Below, piece after piece: positions 25,751-39,734 of a stretch of DNA of 64,000 bases. A program made the translations under genes and the position numbers. The notes beneath the pieces were generated by a model. It did not search any database and was not told where the DNA came from. It saw nothing but the letters and a program-made list of their open reading frames with translations. How positions within the stretch are numbered: position 1 is the stretch's first letter; each line of letters opens with the position of its first letter. The DNA lies in assembly GCA_951406725.2 (NCBI GenBank), contig OX597823.1, positions 57,474,001 to 57,538,000 of the forward strand, given 5' to 3'. This DNA is from Octopus vulgaris (lineage: Eukaryota).

Positions 25751-25785
25751 TTTTGTATATCTGTCTGTTTCTTTATATACATGCA

Positions 25786-26565
25786 TACAAGGTCTGATCA
25801 AAAAGTATCAGGACAGTTGCTATGGCAACGGAGCTAAAGTACACAGAGTGAAGCCACTTGAAACAAATGGACCTTGAATATTGTCGCGAAACAAATAGAC
25901 CTTGAATATTGCACTCTAAGTGGTAACGTTCTCGCTCACGTCTTTTGCTCATAGCTTGGAAGTAAAGTGTAGAATGCGGTTGTCTTAAAAAGAAGAACGG
26001 GATTTAGCTGTAGTTTGTCCTTGATTGTATGAAGTAAAATGAAAACTTGAAAACGCCCATAACGGGTGACGAATCGTGGATCGATGGCTATGACTCCGAA
26101 ATCAAGTCTCAGACTTCGCAACAAGATTTTAAGACATTAAGCAAGTCCAGAAGAATGCGACTAGACAACTGCTCACTGTCCCCCAAAAAGGAATCCAGCC
26201 ATGCTCTCATCACTGGAAACGGTAGTGGATAAAGCGGGTCGCTTCAGACGGGGACTACTGTGAAGGATATCAAATGCCGAATTTATATGCATTAAGATTT
26301 TCTTTTTATAGCGCCAGCCCGATCCTTTATGATCAGTCCTCGTACACACAAAGGGGTGCTGAAAAGTTCCTGTCTTTAAAGGTACCGCAAAACACCTGGT
26401 TGGAGGCCCATCCTTCAATTTTTTTACAGGGCTTAGAAAAACCGAACGATCGCTGCAATAAGTGTGTGAACCTGAGAGGGGAATATAATGAATAAAATCA
26501 TAATTAACTGTTCAACCTGTATTATCTTTTATCCAACGCCAGGAACGTTTCAGCACTCTCTCGTT
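25786..26565 (+). mobile_element. Mariner remnants (transposase fragment and MITE)
   Basis: ITGDESWIDGYDSEIKSQTSQ is the mariner first-Asp motif (TGDE.W..YD.E.K.QS). TIR-like GGTGCTGAAAAGTTCCTG (about 26355) and CAGGAACGTTTCAGCAC (about 26540). A related MITE lies at 30730-30935. Confidence 0.7.
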
Positions 26566-26949
26566 TATGGATATATAATATATTATTTAATATATTCATA
26601 CATGTATCTTCTTAAGTAAAGTAGTCTTCGTGCTCTCTGCATATTATACTTAATAAATTAAATGCTGCAAGATATTTTAAGGTTGGATTCGTTACATTTT
26701 TACACAATTGTTAATCATTTAGATAATACAGTATAAGTTTAATTTTAATGAATCTAAATATATTGCATAATTTCATTGAGCTTGTAAGTCTCCACTTAAC
26801 TGATGTGTCTTCATGCAGTAGACGTCACCGGGTATTTTATCTTAGTAGTTCTTATGATTTTAAAAACTTTTTAATGTTTTCCAAGGGAATGTATACATAC
26901 TCATAGATATAGATTAAATATAGATACACGCACACTAATATATACATAC

Positions 26950-28330
26950 ATATTGCGCACGCATGGTTTCCTTATCGTACGATGACTTCTCTGTCAACCT
27001 ACCTATCTATATATCTACCGATATTTCTTTCTTTGTACTTATCTTTCCGTTCCTTTCTCTGACTAATGTTTTCACTTAACACCTATATTTCTATCTTTTT
27101 CTTTATTTGCATAACTTTCTTCCATTGTTTGAATTCTTTAATCTTTATATATCGTTCTAACCCTCCATCTTTTTATTTATCCCTTCATCTCCCTTCCTAT
27201 ATATTCCTATCCTGTTTGGTCTTTGCAGCAAGCCTTTATCTTTGTATTTTTCTCAACCTGCATGTACTCTTTTATTTCTCTCCACTCCTTACGGGCCCCA
27301 CAAGGATTTCTTTCTGTTTTTCAAGCTACCCTTTTCTAATGGTCAGTTACCACTTACTAGATCCTGGTTTGTCAAAAACTTCCTTTTCTCAATACCGAAA
27401 GGCACATTCACTTTCATCCTTATCATGCGACTATCAATCTATCTATCTATCTATCCATCTATCTATCCCTATTTCTTTAAAGTTACCTTTCCATTGCATT
27501 TTCCTTTCAAAAATTTTCATTTAATATTTATCTATCATTTTTCTCTACTTACGTAACTTTCTTTTATTGTTTCCATCCATGTATCTTGCTATCATCGTAT
27601 CCTTCTACTCATCCTTTCATCTTATGTACCCAACTATTTATCTCTATCTTTCTACCCAACTCTTCGTTTCCCCCTTTCTTACCCTGTGTATAGTCACTGC
27701 ATCAGCTCTTTCTCTCATCCACCTTCAGATTTTCTGTCTTCTTCTCAACCCGCCTGTACCCTTTCCAAACTTTCCCCTCCCAAAAGAATCCTCAAGGCTT
27801 GTTTCTTTCTTATTCTTTTTTAGAATTGACCGCTCTGGTCAGTCGGTTCTCTTATAGCTCAACATTTCTTATACATTATACCTTAAGGCCGAAAGGCACA
27901 CAATCTTTCCTCCTTACCATGCGACAACTCTTCTCTCTATCGCTTTCTTTCTTTATACTTACCATTCTGTTACTTCCTTGTCAAAAGTTTTCCCTAAATA
28001 CCAGTTTCTAACTTTTTCTCCATTTACATACCGCTCATTCTTGTCTGCATCCTTTCATCTTTCCATCGTTTTATCCTTCAATTTTCATATCTACATATCT
28101 ATACATCTCACTTTCTACTCATTCGTATCATAGTTTAGCCCCTCCTTATGTTGCTCAAGCCCTCCTTCCTCACACTGAATATCTGCCTTTCTCTCAACTC
28201 CTTTGTATCCTTTCCATATCTCCCTCCACCACAATGCCGCCTTCTTTCTCTTGCTTCGGTTACCATTTCTTTTATTATTATCATTACTATTTTGAATTGA
28301 CCTTCTCACTGGTCATTTGGTTTATCTTTT
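26950..28330. repeat. Old pyrimidine-rich tandem repeat, about 3 units of 450-490 bp
   Basis: Shared anchors CCGAAAGGCACA (27395, 27889), TCCTTA.C.T.CGA (about 26970, 27417, 27912) and GAATTGACC (27823, 28294). Confidence 0.6.
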
Positions 28331-28630
28331 CATCTCCTACATGTTTCAGTTATTGAAATATTGTCATGCTAAGGTACCGCCTGCAAGAATTTTTTTTCGA
28401 AAAGAAATCCAACTCCAGTGCATATTTTGTAAAGCTTAGCACTTATTCTGTGAGTTTCTTTTTCCGAAATGCTAAGATGCGAGAACGCAACCAAACCAAC
28501 ACTGGTTGTCAAGAGGTGGTGGGCAGACACAAACACAAAGGGACACAAGAGATGATATCTCAAAACAAATACTTCAGTGATACGAAATTCTAACTATACA
28601 TTCAGGTTAAGGAAAATATAATCATTGCCA

Positions 28631-28890
<260 letters not shown>

Positions 28891-29762
28891 ATATATATAA
28901 TACATACACACGCAATCGCGCGCACATATACACATACAACGGGCACCATTTCAGTTTCCGTCCTCAAATCCACTCTCAAAGCTTTTGGCCGCTCCTGGGA
29001 TATATACTAGGATGTATTTGCCCATAGATTTCACTTTTTCTCTATCTACATTCATTTCTCACAATTTTTCTTACCCCTACTCGTCTACACCCAAACAGTT
29101 TACCACCAAATTCAATCACATTGTCGCAATATTTCAATATTGTGATATTTGATCTACAGCTGCTGCGTGTGTTCAGCATCACTGCATCCATTATGTGTTT
29201 CCTTTGTCATTCCTCTGTTTCTTTTTGATTATCTATTATATAAAATCCGTTCTGTCAGTCTGTGTTTGTGTCTTCTAGTATCTCGGGTATCCTCCATCCG
29301 ATTGTGCTCAAATTTGATATGTAGATGCCGACAGTATCAGGGCGTGTATAAGTCATGAAAAAATTACAAAAATTGATTCCAGGTGAGAACGCGATCGATA
29401 AAGCCGTGGGAACGTGCATTTGTAAAATCGTTTTTCTTAGAATAGAAAAAAAGTCTATCGTTATTTCATCTTTTGCTGGTGTCTCAAATTTAGGCTAAAT
29501 GATGTTTCTCGAAGAGGAGGCCTATGGGACTGCCGGACCAGTTGTTTTGAGAAAATTTGGTTTAAATGTTTGACAACTCAGCACCGTCCATTGGACAGGG
29601 GGCGTTTTGCTCGTATATATATATCATTAAGGTGGCTATTAACAATTTAAAACAGAAAGGTACAAGCACAGTCGTCACTAAAGTGACTGAGGCTGCTAGT
29701 AAGTACCAGCATTGCTAGAAATAAAAGTCAAAACAACCCTTAGCCACGCGAGAGGATGCGAG

Positions 29763-29817
29763 ATGGAGTTATATCATCGATGATTTCAGATTTGGTTAAT
29801 CTTCATCAGTAACCCAT
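29763..29817 (-). ncRNA. Type I hammerhead ribozyme (canonical core)
   Basis: ATGGGTTA-CTGATGA-AGATT-AACCA-AATCT-GAA-ATCATCGATGAT-A-TAACTCCAT. Intact CUGAUGA/GAAA core, 5-bp stem II, 12-nt palindromic stem III, AUA cleavage triplet, and 8-bp stem I with one bulge. Confidence 0.75.
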
Positions 29818-30056
29818 TGTTCTGTCGTCGAAGGTGAAAAACTTAACTGACTTCGTCAGTGTTTTGTAGAGAACACCGTAGTAAACATTGACTGATTCCG
29901 AAAATGGTAAAGTGAAAATTATAAATAATTATGGTAGCTATTCGCAATTTCCAGTTGAAAGGCACAAATATAGTCAGCACCAGAATTGCTAGGCATAAGA
30001 GTCGAAGAAACTCTTGGTCATTTGGTCATGTGAGAGCACTTTTCTAACGACTGACA

Positions 30057-30405
<349 letters not shown>

Positions 30406-30616
30406 TTAGAAACACAAAGGAATAAGAAATGATAACATGAAGTTCATTTGTTTACTACTGTTTCTACTATAAGATGCAATGCACGCATAGTTGAGTGCTT
30501 GTGTATCACCCGATGGCTTCATCAGAGCTTCAAACAAGAAGTGCAATTTTATTCGGGGAAAACATTTACATTTATATAATATAATATAATATAATATAAT
30601 ATAATATAATATTATA

Positions 30617-30735
<119 letters not shown>

Positions 30736-31689
30736 GAGAGGTTGGGTAGAAGAAAATAGATGGCGATCGGTTGTTTATGATTTTATTCAACATATTCCCT
30801 TGTCAGATTGACCCTATTGCTGCAGCGGTCCTTCAGTTTGTCTAATCTCTGTAAAAAGACTCAGAATGTTGGGCCTACAACTGGGCCTTTCGCGAAACCT
30901 TAAAACCAGGAACATTTCAGCATTAACTCATGTACATATATGTATGTGTGTGTATATATGTGTGTGTGTGTGTGCGTGTGTGTGTATAAAATATTCTCGT
31001 TAGTATTTATAAGAAAACTAATAGCATTAATTTTGGTATTGCCTGCTGTCCCTGGGTATTTAGTGGGATTCTGTTAAGAGCATGGTATAACGCGTTCTCA
31101 AACTATTACATACAGAATTATTATGAAAAAGGTTAATAAATTTTCGGAAAGAATTCAGATATTGATTTTGGAAAAACTGGGATATGTATCTTAAAACTTT
31201 TAACTGTTGCTCGGAGGGACAACGAAATTTTTAAAAATATATATAGGAGTAATTTCTAGTATAGAGCTTAAATTGAATCGTTAGAACGATTAGTCTTCAT
31301 TGTAGGGGCAGTTGTGACTCTGTGATAAGAAGCCTGCTTCCCAAACACATGGTTCCGGGTCTAGTCCCACTGCGCGCCACCTCGGGCAACTGCTTCCTAT
31401 TGTAGCCTTGCACCGACCAAAGTTTAGTGGGTGTATTGGTAGACGGAAACTGAAAGAAGCCTGTCGTATATATGTTATTTTATTAATCTATTTACAGTTC
31501 TAGGGAGAGTATTCTTTAGGTTATTAATTGCTTTTTCCTTTCATACATTCGCAAAGTATATTATTCCATTATGTTTAATAAATTTCTATTTACTACTTGT
31601 TTGTTTTAATGATTTATAGCTTTTAAGTTCAACAGTTCTTTGAGTGGAAATGTTCGTTGTAATATATGTTACTGTTTTCTATACTCTAT

Positions 31690-32095
31690 TTTTTAAATTT
31701 CAATGCTTCATAACCGAAGGAATGTTATGATTTATGTTTGCAACTTAGGGCTTATATTCGTCTTCTTTCCTCTTTGTAATAACACTCAGAATAAATAGCG
31801 ATAGACATAATGAACGTGTTGTGCATATGTTTTACCCCAGATTCTTGTCTATTAATTCTTAGGCAGCATTTATGTTTTTGACACCTTTGGCAGCTCCGGA
31901 TGGGACGGTATTGCTTAAGTGTCGAAACCATAATGATACTCGTTAGGCAGTTGATGATGGGATATATAGGTCCCATGTGCTTACTTATTTGTATGTAATT
32001 TCGCCTGAAAAATATTCGTATATTGATTTCTCATTGTTTCCAAGGTGTCCTTCATTGAGATTCTAGTACTGTTAAGTGCCCAACTTGTCAAGGGA
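31690..32095 (-). mobile_element. Possible Penelope-like GIY-YIG endonuclease remnant
   Basis: Degenerate peptides TPWKQ..., ISKHM, C..C and terminal CKHKS*HSF follow the order seen in PLE endonuclease domains. Heavily decayed. Confidence 0.4.
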
Positions 32096-32236
32096 ATGAA
32101 TAGTTTTCAGTTGTTTTGTTGAACACAAACACATACAAACGCGACGCAGGTATATCTATGAAAATATAGATAGATAGTGCATGAAATATATGACTACATA
32201 CAAATATATAATATACATACACATTATATATATATA

Positions 32237-32420
32237 CATCATGATTGCTCGCTCGTCACTAAACCTTTCTTATTTTCTCTCACTGTTTATTTCTTTGTTC
32301 CTTTCTGTTGAAGAGCGTAGGCTCGAAACGTAAGACTTTCTCACTTCTCGAGCGTTAAACTAATACATTTGTTTGTTATTTACACACCCGTCTTCGTCTT
32401 TTTTTTTGTAAATTCCAAGT
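32237..32420 (+). mobile_element. Penelope-like terminal-repeat fragment with hammerhead-like motif
   Basis: CTTT-CTGTTGA-A-GAGC-GTAG-GCTC-GAA-ACGT-A at 32301-32332. Same family as 6193-6378. Confidence 0.55.
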
Positions 32421-32457
32421 ATTTTTATGTGTGTGTTTGTGTGTGTGCGTGTATGTC

Positions 32458-33400
32458 TTTTACTCTTTTAATGGTTTTAGTCATTAATGGTTTTAGTCAT
32501 TTGACTGTGGCCATGCTGGAGCACTGCCTTTAGTGGAGCAAATCGACTCCAGGACTTATTCTTTGTAAGCCTAGTACTTATTCTATCGGTCTCTTTTACT
32601 GAACCGCTAAGTTACGGGGACGTAAACATACCAGCATCGGTTGTGAAGCGATGTTGGGGTGACAAACACAGACACGCAAACATATACACACACATACATA
32701 TATACATATATATACATATATACGACGGGCTTCTTTCTGTTTCGGTCTACCAAATCCACCCATAAGGTTTTAGTCGGCCCGAAGCTATAGTAGAAGACAC
32801 TTGCCCAAGGTGCCACGCAGAGGGACTGATCCCTCATTAGACTGCGGCCATGCTGGGACAGCGCCTTCATAAAACTTTTTTCAGATGAATCGACTCCAGT
32901 CCTTAATCTTTAAAAGCATGGTACCTATTTCATCGGTCTATTTTACCGAACCTCTAGTTTACGTATGCGTATACACCCCAACAACAATTGTCAGGCGGTG
33001 ACGGGTGACGAATGCAGGCACAAATATACATAAATATACACATACTTTCAGCGGTGGTGCCCCAGCATGGCCGCGGCCTTCGGGCTAAAACATTTTTAAG
33101 GATTTAAAGATTTATACTTATGTACATATATACGGCGGGTTTCTTTTAGTTTCCGTCTACCAATTTCACTCACGAAGCTTTAGTCAGCCTTGTGCTATAG
33201 TAATAGACACTTACCCAAGGACACACACACACACGCACAATAGAACGGGCTTCTTTCAGTTTCTACCTATCAAATCCACTCGCAAGTCTTTGGTCAGTTC
33301 GTAGCTGTAGCAGTACATACTTACCCAAGGTGCTACGCAGTGGGAGTGAATCCGGAACCATGTGTTTGGGAAGCAAACTTCATAAGATGTTGCCATGTCT
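32458..33400 (-). mobile_element. Stack of family A SINE copies and fragments
   Basis: Repeated CGGGCTTCTTTCAGTTTCCGTCTACC and ACTTGCCCAAGGTGCCACGCAG motifs. Confidence 0.85.
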
Positions 33401-33411
33401 GCGCCGATATA

Positions 33412-33801
33412 TCTTTATATATAAAAGTCAAGTTGTGTGTCTGTCTCCTACGATTTAGATTCCTAACTACTCCCACATTTTGCGGTGCAGTGTAACCAAA
33501 AGCGGGTATCTTATAGTCGTGATTCATATCGAGCCCTTCTGGGTATTAGCGCGCGTCTACGATGAATCTACGATTTTAAAAATAATTTACCATCATTTTT
33601 TTTCCATTTTAATGCATTTTTTCGCTATTATATAAGGGAAGTAACTCTCTAAAAATGTCTACGATGAGTCAAACGATTTAAAAAAAAATTTACCATCATT
33701 TTTTTTCCATTTTTTTTGCTATTTTTTGGCTATAACTCTCTAAAAATGCTTATATAGTTATTTCCCTTACAAACCCGAGCAACGCCGGGAGATACTGCTA
33801 G
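33412..33801 (+). mobile_element. Non-autonomous Helitron
   Basis: Starts A|TCTTTATATATAAAA and ends with hairpin CCCGAGCAACGCCGGG + ATACTGCTAG|T. No TSD. A second copy lies at 49232-49629. Confidence 0.85.
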
Positions 33802-34542
33802 TATGAAATAAAACAGTCTCAAGGTCACTTCATTATATCCATTCTGTCACTTTCTTAAAACATATCACCATTTTCTCTCTCAGCTTCATCTCCCACACCT
33901 GGCCTCCTCCAAACACAAGTATCATGAAGCAAGATTTGAATTACTTAATGCATGGTTCTTTACGCTGTGCACCTCTGACTAAGAGAATTGGGTCTCTTAA
34001 CCAGGAATCCCGTGACATGGAAGTATACCCAAAGGAAGGCTTCATCTCAGGACCTCAAAGTTTAGTAAAATGTTCACCAGGATTAAATGGTGCTAACCTT
34101 CGTTTATTGAATCGCAATACTCGCCATGTTGCGGCTTATTCTCTAAGCTTACGTCGATGTATGTGTATGTATATGTGCGCGTGTGTGTTTGCGACTATGT
34201 GACTGTGGATGTAAGTATGTGTATATATGTATGCATGTATGTGTGTGTGCATCCGTATGTGCGTAAGCAGTGTTCTAAGCTGGCCTCTGTAATAATGGCT
34301 AAAACAAACTGAAGCCTGGTGAAATAGACTGAAGTCTGCCTCTCCATCTATTTTGTTCTACCTATCTCCATATGTCTGTCTGTCTGTCTCTATTTCATAG
34401 ATAAATATATGTAAATATATACATACACACACACACATATATGTACTGAAAATTAAACGCATGTATACAGACTTATGCATAAATTCACAGGCCTACACTG
34501 CACACACACATATACATATGCACACAGACACTGTATATATAT

Positions 34543-34842
34543 TGCTTGTTCCTTCTCGAGCCACGCTTGGCTCATAAGGGCCGGTTTCCCGGTTTCCTTG
34601 GCGTATAGTTTCCCCACCTGGATGCGACGCCGGTCCGTCGCAGGTGAGCTGCTAGATGCATGAGGAAAGAGTGAGAGAAAGTTGTGGCGAAAGAGTAAGC
34701 AGAAGTTCGCCATTACCTTCTGCCGGAGCCGCGTGGAGCTTAGGTGCTTCGCTCATAAACACACACATCGCCCGGTCTGAGATTCGAATCCGCAATCCCT
34801 CGACCGGGAGTCCGCTGTTCTAACCACAAGGCCATGTGCCTC

Positions 34843-34843
<1 letters not shown>
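34543..34843 (-). mobile_element. tRNA-derived SINE, head B + tail Q
   Basis: Head and body like 4751-4930 (AGCTCCACG..CTCCGGCAG..TACTCTTTC.CCACAACTTTCTCTCACT). Tail like 10960-11045 (GGAC.GGCGTC.C.TCCAG..GAAACCGGGAAACC). Confidence 0.85.
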
Positions 34844-34926
<83 letters not shown>

Positions 34927-34991
34927 GGTCCCGGGTTGAGTCGGGGTTAACCACAGTAAATAAGGTACTCAATACATGGCAGAGTAAAGTA

Positions 34992-35123
34992 ATTTATTTT
35001 ATAGAAGGAGCTTCTACAGGACTAGAACTGTTTCATTCAGTTGAAATCTTCAGGAAGCTTCCTGAAGATTTCATCTGAATGAAACAGTTCTAGTCCTGTA
35101 GAAGCTCCTTCTATAAAATAAAT
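34992..35123. repeat. 132-bp spacer-less palindrome carrying hammerhead-like motifs on both strands
   Basis: Centre GAAGCTTC at 35054-35061, with a single mismatch (35041/35074). Confidence 0.95.
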
Positions 35124-35151
35124 ATATATATATATATATAGAGAGAGAGTA

Positions 35152-35222
35152 CAGTACTTCGCGGATTTTCATCTATCGTGGGGGTTTTGGAACATAATAC
35201 CGGCAGTAGTTGAGGATTACTG
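35152..35222. mobile_element. Short Tigger-like MITE remnant
   Basis: TA-CAGTA...TACTG-TA ends and GGGGGTTTTGGAAC subterminal sequence. Confidence 0.4.
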
Positions 35223-35509
35223 TATTTATTTAGAGCAAGGCGACAAACTGATATAATCGTTAAGTTTAGCGGTATTTTGTTCGTCTTCACTTTCTGAGTT
35301 CAAATTCCGCCCAGGTCGACTTTGACTTTCATCCTTTCAGGGTCGATAAAATAATTATCTGTTGAACACTGGGATCGATGTAACCGACTTACCCAACCAT
35401 TGAATTTGCTGGCCTTGTGCCAAAATTTGAAATCAATATTCATTTAAAGCAAGGTGAATTGGAATATTTAGAGGCGATTTTGATACTTTAAATTTTTTAT
35501 ATCACAGAC

Positions 35510-35838
35510 AAAGATCTCCGTCGGTCGATAATCTGGCACTGGACGAGGGCCGGTTGGTCCGATCAATGAAACAGCCTGTTGGTGAGAATAACTGAGCTCT
35601 CCACAGACACACATACCAATTAAGTAGTTCACAGGTAAATTCAGCGTGACACCGAATGTGATGGGGATGGCCCTTTAAAATACTGGTACAAATCATTTCT
35701 GCTGGCTGAGCGGACCGGAGCAAAGTAAAATGATGTGTTTTGCTCTAGGATATAACGCGCCACCTAGAGTCGAACTCGTGACCCTACGAGCTTACGATAT
35801 ATAGCCGTATACCCTAATCACTAAGCCACGCGCCTTCA
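35510..35838 (-). mobile_element. SINE head C + tail P, diverged
   Basis: GAAGGCGCGTGGCTTAGTGATTAGGG head, with a tail related to 16930-17075. Confidence 0.75.
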
Positions 35839-36454
35839 CCGCCAGTAATCTTTTCATTCCTCTTCTACATTCTCTTTAGACACAATTGTTATTACTAAAG
35901 TTATAGAATCTATTGTGTGACATATTAAACATTCATAAATTCAAGACAAATAATTTTAAATCTAGGTTGACCGCATAGAAAGGAAATTAGTAAAAAGGAA
36001 GAACAGGAAAGCAAAAAGTAACGACACACAAGATGCCATATCGCAGCTTTTATCATTCCATCTTTGTCTGTCTATCTGTATATCTATATATCTGAGTATC
36101 TCTATCTGTCTTTCTATATCTCCCTTCTTTACGTATCTTTCTCCATCTTCTTCCCTCTTAATTTCTTAACAAACATCCATGAACACAAAATTACAGACTA
36201 CATATGCAATCACAGATTCACATATACATATTAACTGATAAATATACACATACATATGAATACAATCACAAACCCAGACATCAAAACACCGACACGCACA
36301 CACACACACGCACGCATGCACACATATACACGCACCAATGCACGCTTAAAGAATATAAAGGTAGAGGTAAATGATTAAGTAGATAGATAGATATATAGAT
36401 ATATCGATAGATAGATAGACAGACAAATAGATAGAATACACACACACAAACGCA

Positions 36455-36489
<35 letters not shown>

Positions 36490-36515
36490 GTATATATATA
36501 TTGAGAGAGAGTGAC

Positions 36516-36596
<81 letters not shown>

Positions 36597-37010
36597 GACA
36601 GAGAGAGAAAGCGATAAGGAGAATTGTTTGCAACTACTAATATACTACTATTAGAAATGAAATATTGGGTTTTTCAGTTTTCAGTTTTCGAACATCACAG
36701 AGGAATAAGAATAACTTATATAAATACGTCTGTATACATCTATATAGTACCAGTCCAGTTCACTGTATTGCTGGTATAGATAGTTAGAACGCTTAACTGT
36801 ATTTCATGCCTTGTTTCTTAAGTCTGTCTGTTTTGAGTTCCAAACTCACAATCTGTAATAGAAAAACTTGGTCCTTCGCAACCTCGTAAGACGCTGATAA
36901 GTTTATGAAAAATCCTTAGGCATGTTCCCTGTAAGGATTTCAATTTTGTCAGTGGCAATATAAAAGCTGTTAAGAAAGAATGCAAAGAGCCTTTCAAGTC
37001 TTAGTCATTG

Positions 37011-37316
<306 letters not shown>

Positions 37317-37869
37317 AGCCTATTCCAATATCTATAAGTGTAAGCATTGTGATGTTATGTGAGTGTATATTCTCTGCGTATTATAGATACGTGTATTTTA
37401 CATATGTGTGTATTTGTGCATATTCGGGTGTGTCTGTACGTATGAGTACATGTATATATAATTATATGTGTGTGTGTGTCTGTGTCTGTGTGTGCTGTGT
37501 AGTCTTGTGAATTTATGTATAGGTCTGTAAGCATACGTTTAATTTTCTATACATTATTTTATGTACACCTACAACTAACACTCCTTTACATGTGTACTCA
37601 TATATATATATATATATATATTCAGATTATGTTTCTATATATGTTTGTGTATGTGTGTGTATGTGTGTGTGTGTTTGTGTGTATGTAAGCAGTGTTCCAA
37701 GCTGGCGTCTATAATAATGGCTAAAACAAACTGATGTCTGGTGAAATAAATTGAAGGCTGCCTCTCCCTCTTTTTTGTTACACCTATGTCTGCCTGTCTG
37801 TCTCTATAACATAGATAAATATATGTAAATACATACATACATATATATGTATATATATGTATATATATG

Positions 37870-37916
<47 letters not shown>

Positions 37917-37988
37917 GTATATATAATTAATATTTAACTGAAACAACAGTGTGACTCAAAGTCCGAAAGGTTCGTATATAATGTGTGT

Positions 37989-38040
<52 letters not shown>

Positions 38041-38383
38041 ACGTTAAGCTTTTGCCTTACAGGATGAGGGTATTGGCTGAATGGTTAGCGTTACGGATAA
38101 AATCCGTTTGCGGTGTTCTTTGCTCCCTTAGTTGAAGACCCTCTGCCCTCCACAGCATGAATTTGGTAAAATTAAGGATTTCCTTCCCCCCACACTATGC
38201 GGATGAAACAAATCACTTTTAGTTTTTTTTTTGAATTTTGAAAATTATTAGAAGAAAAAATTAAGAAACCCGCCCTCCAGATAAATTAAAAAGAAATCAG
38301 GCAATAAAAAATAGAAATAAGTTATTGATGAAAGATATAAGCCAATACAGCACAACATAAAGTCCCAGTTACCAGTCAATTCA

Positions 38384-38414
<31 letters not shown>

Positions 38415-38460
38415 CATACATACATACATACATACATGCATGCATACATACATACATACA

Positions 38461-38494
<34 letters not shown>

Positions 38495-38572
38495 CATACA
38501 TAAATATCTACCTGTTTATCAATATATATATATATATATATATATGATTACAAATATATGTATATATATATA

Positions 38573-38968
38573 TGAGTGGCTGTGTGGTAAGTAGCTTGCT
38601 AACCAACCATATGGTTCCGGGTTCAGTCCCACTGCGTGGCATCTTGGGCAAGTGTCTTCTGCTATAGCCCCGGGCCGACCAATGCCTTGTGAGTGGATTT
38701 GGTAGACGGAAACTGAAAGAAGCCTGTCGTATATATGTATATATATATATATATGTATGTGTGTGTATTTGTGTGTCTGTGTTTGTCCCCCTAGCATTGC
38801 TTGACAACCGATGCTTGTGTGTTTACGTCCCCGACACTTAGCGGTTCGGCAAAAGAGACCGCTAGAATAAGTACTGGGCTTACAAAGAATAAGTCCCGTG
38901 GTCGATTTGCTCGACTAAAGGCGGTGCTCCAGCATGGCCGCAGTCAAATGACTGAAACAAGTAAACAA

Positions 38969-39030
<62 letters not shown>

Positions 39031-39430
39031 ATGTGTGTGTGTGTGTGTGTAGGGATGACTGTGTGGTAAGTAAGTTACTTACCAACAACATGGTTCCGTG
39101 TTCAGTCCAACTTCGTGGCACCTTAGGCAAGTGTCTTCTTTTACGAGAGCCGCGGACCGACCAAGGTCTTGTGAGTGAATTTGATAGACGGAAACTGAAA
39201 TAAGCCCTTCCTATATATGCACATATACACGATTGTATGTCTGTGTTTGTCATCTCCACAATCGCTTGGCAACCGATGTTGGTGTGTTTACGTTCTCGTA
39301 ACCTGGCGGTTCGGCAAAAGGGAACGTTGGAATAAGTACTAGGCTTACAAAAAATAAGTCCTGAAGTTGATTCGTTCGACTAAATGCAATAATACAGCAT
39401 GGCCGCAGTCAAAGGACTGAAACAAGAAAA
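38573..39430 (+). mobile_element. Two family A SINEs (first near-consensus)
   Basis: Full head-core-microsatellite-tail organisation at 38573-38965 and 39050-39430. Confidence 0.92.
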
Positions 39431-39469
39431 GAAGGAAGAATAACGGAATATATATATGTGTGTGTGTAT

Positions 39470-39521
<52 letters not shown>

Positions 39522-39635
39522 GCACGTATACATGTGTGTATACATGTAAATTTGTTGTGTGTACATATATAACTATATACATATAAACATGTATATGTAT
39601 ATATGTGTGAGTGTGTATGTAGGTATGCATGTGTC

Positions 39636-39685
<50 letters not shown>

Positions 39686-39734
39686 TATATATATGCGAAT
39701 ACTTATTTTTCTTTTCTTTATCTCTTTATCTTTA

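Noticed and set aside
29820-29862. Second CTGACGA core upstream of the 29763 hammerhead (minus strand)
   Set aside because: No stem II + GAAA follows, so a tandem ribozyme cannot be supported.
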